32,000 nt of DNA from the NCBI GenBank assembly GCA_943789275.1, contig CALSTM010000003.1, positions 210,001 through 242,000 on the forward strand, read 5' to 3'. The notes beneath the pieces were generated by a model. That model did not search any database. It was not told where the DNA came from and saw only the letters and a program-made list of their open reading frames with translations. Source of the stretch: Candidatus Poseidoniaceae archaeon. GTDB taxonomy: Archaea > Thermoplasmatota > Poseidoniia > Poseidoniales > Poseidoniaceae. The stretch's first letter is position 1, and the number at the start of each line of letters is the position of its first letter. The translations under genes and the position numbers were made by a program. Shown in pieces: positions 26,249 through 32,000 of the stretch.

Positions 26249-26790
26249 CGTTGGCCAGGCTTCCAAAAGGTCAGCGGGACGGGCATTTCGCCTTGCGCTT
26301 TCCTGAGTGCTAAGTGATCAGCACGTTCGTTCCACCGATGGCCTCGATGGGCTTTGACGTGCTCCCAGGACAATGTTCGGACTTCAGATACTGCGTCCCA
26401 AAGCGATTGTACGTGGGCTACAAGTTCACGGTTGGCCTTTGCCTTCCACGCTCCGCATGCTAAGTTTCCAGCATACTGGGAGTCTGCTCGAACGACAGCA
26501 GGATTTTCGCCACCTTCAATCAGAAGCCAACGTAGTGCAGCTGCAAAACCACAGAGTTCCGCTGTATTGTTTGAACCAACTTCAGCACCAATGAAATCTT
26601 CTTGCGTTGGGTCTGTAATCACGACATCAGCGAATTCTTCATGCAATTCACCGCTTCCTCTCCCGAGGCCAGTATCGCCGGTTACGACCACAACGGCCCA
26701 TGCTGCAGGTGTTGAAGCATCGACGTTCTGGTTGCCTAAGCAAGAGCCGTCAACATAGAGGCTCCAGCGCTCAGTGCTCACACTTTTCAC
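26245..26790 (-). CDS. rnhA: ribonuclease HI (type 1 RNase H)
   Basis: Catalytic contexts are LYVDGSC (D), SNNTAELCG (E), VRADSQY (D) and HVKAHRGHRWNERADHLA (H...D). The GTG start overlaps the gcvH stop as GTGA. Confidence 0.9.
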   Translation of the reverse strand: MKSVSTERWSLYVDGSCLGNQNVDASTPAAWAVVVVTGDTGLGRGSGELHEEFADVVITDPTQEDFIGAEVGSNNTAELCGFAAALRWLLIEGGENPAVVRADSQYAGNLACGAWKAKANRELVAHVQSLWDAVSEVRTLSWEHVKAHRGHRWNERADHLALRKAQGEMPVPLTFWKPGQR

Positions 26791-27194
26791 TCGCCAAGTT
26801 CTGACTTGTATTCGGCAGCGCTCATGAGAGATTCAACCGCACTGGGGTCTTGTAATTTCATCTTCACAATCCAACCTTCGCCGTATGGGTCGGTATTCAT
26901 GAGTTCAGGAGTGTCTTCAAGCGCTTCATTCACCGCAGTAATTTCGCCAGCAAGTGGAGCGAAAATGGGTGATGCGGACTTGACGGATTCAACGATTGCA
27001 AACTCATCCATGTCGTCAAGCGTTTCTCCTTCACCAGGCAGTTCGATGTAGACAATGTCAGTGAGAGCGTCTTGAGCGTGGTCAGTGATTCCAATCACGA
27101 CTTCATCACCTTCAACGCGTATCCATTCGTGCTCTTTTGTGTAGTATTGTCCTTCGGGAATATCGCTCATATTGCCGTCTCCATGATTATCCAA
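26787..27194 (-). CDS. gcvH: glycine cleavage system protein H (lipoyl carrier)
   Basis: YTKEHEWIRVEGDEVVIGITDHAQDALTDIVYIELP and the lipoyl-lysine context VESVKSAS are present, followed by DPYGEGWIVKMKL. The likely start is M9 at 27170. Confidence 0.92.
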   Translation of the reverse strand: MDNHGDGNMSDIPEGQYYTKEHEWIRVEGDEVVIGITDHAQDALTDIVYIELPGEGETLDDMDEFAIVESVKSASPIFAPLAGEITAVNEALEDTPELMNTDPYGEGWIVKMKLQDPSAVESLMSAAEYKSELGE

Positions 27195-27376
27195 CCATCG
27201 GCATTTGATGAACTCACCGATGCCAATCCGTAGATTCAGTGACCTCGGTTGGGCACATGCCTCAAATGTAAACCTCGGAAAAACACCCGTTAAGGCAAGA
27301 AAACCGTCGCGGTTCTTATTAGCAGATCAAGTTCGCTCCAAAACGAAGTCAAGCGACTTCAAGGGATGGGACCCTC

Positions 27377-27733
27377 ATGAGTAGAGCATTTAGAGAAGGC
27401 GTAGAGAAAAACAAGCGAGTACATGCACCAGTTCGAAGAAGAAATTGGAGCCCAGTTCGGGACCTTCAAGGGCTTAAAGCCCGTACTCAAGTCATCGGTT
27501 CTCAGATGGGGCCACTTGTTGAAATTCCTGCAATGGTCCGTATAGAAAATGAACACTGGGTTTTCGAACGGATTGAAGAAGGCACACTGTACAACATTAC
27601 TCACAAACTCATCCTTCACGAAGGTGACCAAGAGAAAGTCATTGGTGGAACAACGGACATGCACACGGCTATGAAAGTTGCACAATGCATGGCGCAGAAG
27701 GAAAACCGAATCGTGATGATTCAACCTGTTTGA
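27377..27733 (+). CDS. hypothetical protein
   Basis: This 118-aa ORF has ordinary amino-acid composition. The overlapping minus-strand 121-aa ORF is Cys/His/Phe-rich and looks like a shadow frame. No motif recognised. Confidence 0.45.
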   Translation: MSRAFREGVEKNKRVHAPVRRRNWSPVRDLQGLKARTQVIGSQMGPLVEIPAMVRIENEHWVFERIEEGTLYNITHKLILHEGDQEKVIGGTTDMHTAMKVAQCMAQKENRIVMIQPV

Positions 27734-27734
27734 G

Positions 27735-27935
27735 TTAGAACAGGTCCATTATCCATTGAATAACGCCTTGATTAACAAGGTAAAAGAAGGTACCAACGCC
27801 GATACATGCAGCATAAACTTGGAAAGGAGTAATCTTCCAAGCATCTTCCGATTCCTCGTCGAAATATCGGATAAGACCTGCAGCCTGTTGGATACCGCTA
27901 CCGTCGGATTTCTTCTTTGAAGCCATGTGGACCAC
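27735..27935 (-). CDS. preprotein translocase subunit Sec61-beta (archaeal SecG)
   Basis: Short tail-anchored protein KKKSDGSGIQQAAGLIRYFDEE...ITPFQVYAACIGVGTFFYLV, the typical Sec61-beta pattern (GLxRYxDE plus a single C-terminal TM). The likely start is M4 at 27926. Confidence 0.75.
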   Translation of the reverse strand: MVHMASKKKSDGSGIQQAAGLIRYFDEESEDAWKITPFQVYAACIGVGTFFYLVNQGVIQWIMDLF

Positions 27936-27982
27936 TCTCTGCGAGTTGCCACCCCTTTATCAACGCGACGCGGCCAAGAAAT

Positions 27983-28843
27983 TCACTCTTCTTCATCCTC
28001 GCCGGTCAAATCTACAAACGCAATCTCATCTTCAACACCATCATAGGTGAGCACATGCCCTTGAGGAATATCGTCTCCTGAATTGGAAAATGCGTCACCG
28101 TCGCTTTCAGGATCGGCTTCAATAAAATACGCTTCAGCCCTCGCCAACGCCCGTTCAAACGCCGGAGCATTCCCATCAGCAAGGGCCCCGCGAGCAATTT
28201 CCAAGTCGTAATGAGCCGAACCAATGGACAGCAGTGCCTTGTCTTTCGCATCACTTTCTTGTGATTGGTTGATTCTTTTCTCTACAAGCTTGCCTTGTTC
28301 TTCGAGAGCAAACAAGTGCTCTTCAAACACAGCCCGAGCCATTTCCAATCCTTTTTTCCATGCGAGTTCATTTGATTTGAGCGATACCTCACTCCTCTGT
28401 TTTGTGAGAAATCGGGTTGCTGCTACGGAATGAGCAAATTCCCATGGTCGATGGGAAAGGGATGCGGATAAGTCGAACATCAATCGAGCATACGAGGAAG
28501 GAGAACCTTTGAACTCAATACGATTGAGATATCCTGAGTTAAACAATCCAAATCCCCAATAGGAGCGGGAAGTGATGGTCACTCGAAGGTCTCCGCTTTG
28601 CGTCACAAACGACCACCGTTGTTCGTTGAAATGAGGTTGTTCGCGGAAATGAGGCGTTTCTGGGTGTTCAAGGTGCACCAATGCGTGTGTTGCCACGTCG
28701 CCTAAGTAGACAATTTTACTCGGCAAGGAGAATGACTTCGGGCGCAGAAAGCCCGTATCTAATTCTACGCGATGGTTCGCTTTCGCTTTACCAACTTGGG
28801 CATAGATGACGATGGTATTGCCAACAGAATCGTACTTGCCCAT
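27983..28843 (-). CDS. hypothetical protein with acidic C-terminal tail
   Basis: 286-aa ORF with no recognised motif, divergent from the HhH protein gene. Confidence 0.6.
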   Translation of the reverse strand: MGKYDSVGNTIVIYAQVGKAKANHRVELDTGFLRPKSFSLPSKIVYLGDVATHALVHLEHPETPHFREQPHFNEQRWSFVTQSGDLRVTITSRSYWGFGLFNSGYLNRIEFKGSPSSYARLMFDLSASLSHRPWEFAHSVAATRFLTKQRSEVSLKSNELAWKKGLEMARAVFEEHLFALEEQGKLVEKRINQSQESDAKDKALLSIGSAHYDLEIARGALADGNAPAFERALARAEAYFIEADPESDGDAFSNSGDDIPQGHVLTYDGVEDEIAFVDLTGEDEEE

Positions 28844-28946
28844 GACTGTTGCACCGGTTCACGGACCATGAATCCAACGCTTTGTTGCAACCGTATCGGG
28901 AGAAGTATTGATGAATCGCGCCCTGCATGGAAGGTTAGGTGAGCCG

Positions 28947-29501
28947 ATGGCTGCAAAGGGAGATTCGAAGATTGAGAAATTAACCGCACTACCAGGAATT
29001 GGTGCTGCGACGGCAAAGAAATTAGTGTCTGCAAAGATCGATACGGTCTCCAAAGTGGCTTCCGCAGGCTCTAAAAAACTCCAAGAAGTTGGCCTTAGTG
29101 CAGCGGTTGCGACCAAGATTAGTGCTGCTGCCAAGGCCGCAGATAAAGCGTCAAGCGCAGCAAAGAAGGCGACCTCAAAAGCCAAGTCTGCTGCAAAGAC
29201 TTCTGCCAAGAAATCCACATCTGCAGCTAAATCTGCTGTTTCGAAATCGAAGTCGGCAGCGAAAAAAGCGTCCTCAAAGGCCAAGTCTGCAACCAAATCC
29301 TCGGCCAAGAAATCCTCCGCTGCGGCGAAATCCGCCGTATCGAAGTCGAAGTCGGTCGCCAAGCAAGCCGTTGAGAAGGTAACGGCTCAATCAACAGAGA
29401 ACCACACGGTTAAATCCACGAAATCCTCAGACGGCCGTAAAGGTGGCACCTTGCGTATTCCACGCAGCGTCAAGGACATGCCTTGGTTCAAAAAGAAGTG
29501 A
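28947..29501 (+). CDS. helix-hairpin-helix DNA-binding protein with a Lys/Ala/Ser-rich histone-H1-like tail
   Basis: The HhH motif is LTALPGIGAATAKKLVSAKI. About 90 aa of AAK/SAK/KKA low complexity follow, including a 33-aa tandem duplication. GGTGA lies 5 nt upstream of ATG 28947; the track start is 28908. Confidence 0.75.
   Translation: MAAKGDSKIEKLTALPGIGAATAKKLVSAKIDTVSKVASAGSKKLQEVGLSAAVATKISAAAKAADKASSAAKKATSKAKSAAKTSAKKSTSAAKSAVSKSKSAAKKASSKAKSATKSSAKKSSAAAKSAVSKSKSVAKQAVEKVTAQSTENHTVKSTKSSDGRKGGTLRIPRSVKDMPWFKKK
29178..29375 (+). repeat. 2 x 99-bp in-frame tandem repeat inside the HhH/Lys-rich gene
   Basis: Unit 1 is KAKSAAKTSAKKSTSAAKSAVSKSKSAAKKASS (29178-29276). Unit 2 is KAKSATKSSAKKSSAAAKSAVSKSKSVAKQAVE (29277-29375). 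Confidence 0.85.
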
Positions 29502-29738
29502 AAGCGCTTCAAACAAGGGTTAGGATTGAAAACCGTCACCAGACACATCGGCCCATGCCTCGGCGCAAATACGGTCGTTTACGAAAGACTGTTGAGATGC
29601 CGTCAAAGGAAAACTGTTCACGTTGCCGTTCGGGTAAATACTGTCCGATTGAAGGGCACGCTGGCCAAGAAACAACGCCCCATCGGGCGTGGGCTGGGCC
29701 TTCAACGGTAAAGAAACGCAAACAAAAGCGCAAGTGAT

Positions 29739-30782
29739 TTATTCAATGCCGACCGAACTGGTTGATGGCGTTGTCTCAACCAATTCCTCTTCTGCATGTT
29801 CAGTTGCTGCAGCCGCCGCCTCAAGCGTTTGGCGCGTCGCCTGTGCTCTGTGGTAGACTTCACGCAGCGTTTGGTCGGAAATTTCGAGATAGACACGGGT
29901 TGTTGCGATGCTTGAATGCCCCAGAAGCCGTTGAATGGTTACCAGGTCGGCCCCTCGCTCCAGCAAACCTGTCGCGAAGTTGTGCCGAAGCACGTGAGGC
30001 GTTAGCTTTCCTTTGGGTAAATTTGCATGAACGGCAAGTTTGTCCATGAGCCTCTGAACGCCCCGCGGTTGCAATCTGCGCCCAGCCGAGTTGAGTAAGA
30101 AAGCAAAATCTTCGTTGCGAACTCTTGCGTCACGTATCGGAATCCATGCATGTATGCGTTCAAGTGTCCGGCGGGTGAAGAGGACGAGCCGGTCTTTGTC
30201 TCCCTTGCCTCCGTACACGCGAGCAGAACCGTCTTCAAGGTCAATATCATTCATGTCAAGGTTGCAAACTTCGCTGACTCGTAATCCAGTATCAAGCATC
30301 ATGGTGACCAGGATTGAAGCGACCGGATCTTCGCTTACCGAAGCAGCATCCAATACCATCGTCATCTCTCTGCGGTTGAGTGTTCGCGGTAGACGTTTAC
30401 CGGCACGGGCTCGTACCAAATGGTCCGGCCAACGATGACCGAGCCATTTGAGCAGGTGTCGAGCTGCTGCTAATCGGGCGTTGTAAGTCGTTGGGCGTAG
30501 GTCTGAGAGGCTGTGAGTCCAACGGTCAAGGCGCCCACTAAGGGGTTCCATCCGTTCAGCCAACTCATAGACGGTGAGCGTTTGAAAATCGTTCTCACTG
30601 AGGACATTTTCATTGGGAAGTGTGGTTTCAATGAGGGCACGTAAACCGCTGGCATACGATTTCTGCGTATTTTTCGACTTGTTCTCGGCCTTCAGCGTCT
30701 GCATATAGCATGAAAGCCACGGTAAATCTTGCATGTGGATAAGGCGCGGTGGAAGGGCAACTGAGACATCATTCAGTCTCAT
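29739..30782 (-). CDS. xerA: tyrosine recombinase, XerA/XerC/XerD-like
   Basis: Catalytic contexts are TGLRVSEV (R), GKGDKDR (K), HVLRHNFAT (HxxR) and LLGHSSIATTRVYLEI (H...Y). The start is uncertain: the track gives a TTG at 30983, and candidate ATGs are at 30836, 30782 and 30734. The region 30783-30983 translates poorly. Confidence 0.85.
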   Translation of the reverse strand: MRLNDVSVALPPRLIHMQDLPWLSCYMQTLKAENKSKNTQKSYASGLRALIETTLPNENVLSENDFQTLTVYELAERMEPLSGRLDRWTHSLSDLRPTTYNARLAAARHLLKWLGHRWPDHLVRARAGKRLPRTLNRREMTMVLDAASVSEDPVASILVTMMLDTGLRVSEVCNLDMNDIDLEDGSARVYGGKGDKDRLVLFTRRTLERIHAWIPIRDARVRNEDFAFLLNSAGRRLQPRGVQRLMDKLAVHANLPKGKLTPHVLRHNFATGLLERGADLVTIQRLLGHSSIATTRVYLEISDQTLREVYHRAQATRQTLEAAAAATEHAEEELVETTPSTSSVGIE

Positions 30783-30979
30783 TTGGCTCGGCCTCAACGC
30801 CTTGCGATTCCGCTCTGTTCCTTTTCTCGTATTCATTGGCGTTCCCCGCCTCCCGCCTGTGGCGGGTGTGCATCCCGTGCTCCGAAGAGCATATGGTAAG
30901 AATGAGAACTCCCATATCAAACCACCGCGCGATATCAAGACACATCCGAGCAGTATGAGACGTCCTCGGGAACGCCGAA

Positions 30980-32000
30980 TCAAGCGTTGGTTTCTTCCGA
31001 GTCCGGCAGAGTGAATGCCTTCTGGGATACATCAAGCATGGCTTGACGCAACGAATTTCGGAGTTCTGTGAGTTCTCCGTAACAGATTAAGACATCTTCG
31101 TAGCGAAGCTGGATGTCGTCGCTCGGGTTCCACAGCAGGCTGTTGTCACGAGATAAAGCAAAGACTGGAATCCTTGAACTTGAATTGAAAAGTTCTGCCA
31201 GCGGTTTTCCAACCAATTGCTGATGGTTACTGATTTGTAAAGAAAGTACTCCAGAACCCGGGACTGTTCGTAACAATTGGTCGAGGTCAACTTCTGCAAA
31301 GGCCGTTTCACTTGTGACGTAGTCTATGATTTCACCCGCTACATTGACACCGCTTGCTTTCTCGATGCCTTCGAGGCCCGGTGAGGAATTCACTTCCAGA
31401 ACCAACGGACCGTCTCTTGCTTCCAACAGGTCAACTCCAGCGATATGAAGTCCAAGCACTCTTGCAGCCCTGCAAGCGGCTTCTTCGAACTCAGGCGGCA
31501 AATCGACTTTTTCGACCGTACCGTTGAGATGGTAGTTGCTTCGGAATTCCCGTCCTCGTGCTTTACGGCGCATGCTTGCAACGACTCGATCACCAACGAC
31601 CAGTGCTCGAATGTCCTTGCCGTGAGACTCAGCAATGTACTCTTGAATGAGAACTGCTCGACCGGTGAGCAATAAGCCTTGGACGAGGTTTCGCGATTCA
31701 CGAATGGTGTGACGCAGAAATACGCCTTGGCCTTGCGTTCCTTGCGTCACTTTGATGACGACAGGCAAGCCACCGACGAAATCCACAGCCGTTTCCACAT
31801 CGATGATATCTCGCACGTATGTGGTTCGAGGTACAGGAATCCGATTCCGTGCTAGAATTTGCGAAGCGTGCAGTTTGTCCCTGCTCTGGAGAATACCAGC
31901 TCCAGTGTTCGCAGTCCAAATGCCGAGTTGTTCAAGATGCCGTAGAACAGCAACTCCGTGTTTGGTTATTGAATGACCTATCCGGGGGATGACGGCATCG
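30980..32000 (-). CDS. RimK-type ATP-grasp ligase fused to a C-terminal TrkA-C (RCK_C)-like domain; 5' end outside the window
   Basis: The ATP-grasp core is VVIKVTQGTQGQGV, LIQEYIAESHGKDIRALVVG, REFRSNYHLNG, AGVDLL...LVLEVNSSPG. Manual translation upstream of the track start stays open to base 32000 (DAVIPRIGHSITKHGVAVLRHLEQLGIWTANT...SRDKLHASQILA). The C-terminal ~85 aa, VLSLQISNHQQLVGKPLAEL...VFALSRDNSLLWNPSDDIQLRYEDVLICYG, fit TrkA-C. Confidence 0.85.
   Translation of the reverse strand, partial: DAVIPRIGHSITKHGVAVLRHLEQLGIWTANTGAGILQSRDKLHASQILARNRIPVPRTTYVRDIIDVETAVDFVGGLPVVIKVTQGTQGQGVFLRHTIRESRNLVQGLLLTGRAVLIQEYIAESHGKDIRALVVGDRVVASMRRKARGREFRSNYHLNGTVEKVDLPPEFEEAACRAARVLGLHIAGVDLLEARDGPLVLEVNSSPGLEGIEKASGVNVAGEIIDYVTSETAFAEVDLDQLLRTVPGSGVLSLQISNHQQLVGKPLAELFNSSSRIPVFALSRDNSLLWNPSDDIQLRYEDVLICYGELTELRNSLRQAMLDVSQKAFTLPDSEETNA

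Noticed and set aside
28859-29362. 167-aa minus-strand ORF rich in Ala/Asp/Phe.
   Set aside because: It is a mirror-image shadow of the Lys/Ala/Ser-rich repeat on the plus strand. It has no start context, and the plus-strand gene has an HhH domain and an SD-like GGTGA.
29502-29738. Small ORFs (61-84 aa, both strands) in the convergent gap between the HhH gene and xer.
   Set aside because: They are mutually overlapping with no start context or recognisable motif. The 61-aa minus-strand frame (29520-29705) looks the most protein-like but is unsupported.
1-32000. CRISPR arrays, rRNA or tRNA genes, transposase-bearing IS elements.
   Set aside because: I found no short regularly spaced repeats, no T-loop or anticodon-arm patterns in intergenic regions, and no DDE or IS200-type ORFs on either strand.

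Overview
Archaeal chromosomal fragment. The markers are topoisomerase VI B/A, TFB, Sec61-beta, a XerA-like tyrosine recombinase and TATA-like boxes placed for leaderless starts. Housekeeping genes occupy 1-7.3 kb and 20.25-32 kb: top6B-top6A, an AmpG-like MFS transporter, an aconitase-family enzyme, tfb, a GalU-like nucleotidyltransferase, RNase HI, gcvH, sec61-beta, xer and a rimK-like ligase. Between the MFS gene and the aconitase-family gene lies a ~13 kb accessory island (about 7.3-20.25 kb) that looks more AT-rich by eye and has two modules. Module 1 (7.4-10.5 kb) is a restriction-modification unit plus a serine recombinase. It has a beta-class SPPY DNA methyltransferase with a C-terminal SAP motif and a NotI-like endonuclease. 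Both the endonuclease and the recombinase appear broken by single-nucleotide frameshifts. Module 2 (10.5-20.25 kb) is a ~9.3 kb cassette bracketed by two ~210-bp imperfect direct repeats, each with the same arrangement of a ~20-bp motif (direct, inverted, direct). The cassette holds a 982-aa protein with no motif I recognise. Divergent from it is a translationally coupled operon: a 207-aa acidic protein, a NERD nuclease with a possible S1/OB-like C-terminus, a 38-aa micro-ORF, an SbcD/YhaO-like phosphoesterase with substituted metal-site histidines, and an 872-aa SbcC/YhaN-like coiled-coil ATPase without a zinc hook. I consider this cassette the best candidate for an undescribed, probably defence- or DNA-surveillance-related system. 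Its function is inference only. I found no rRNA, tRNA or CRISPR array.
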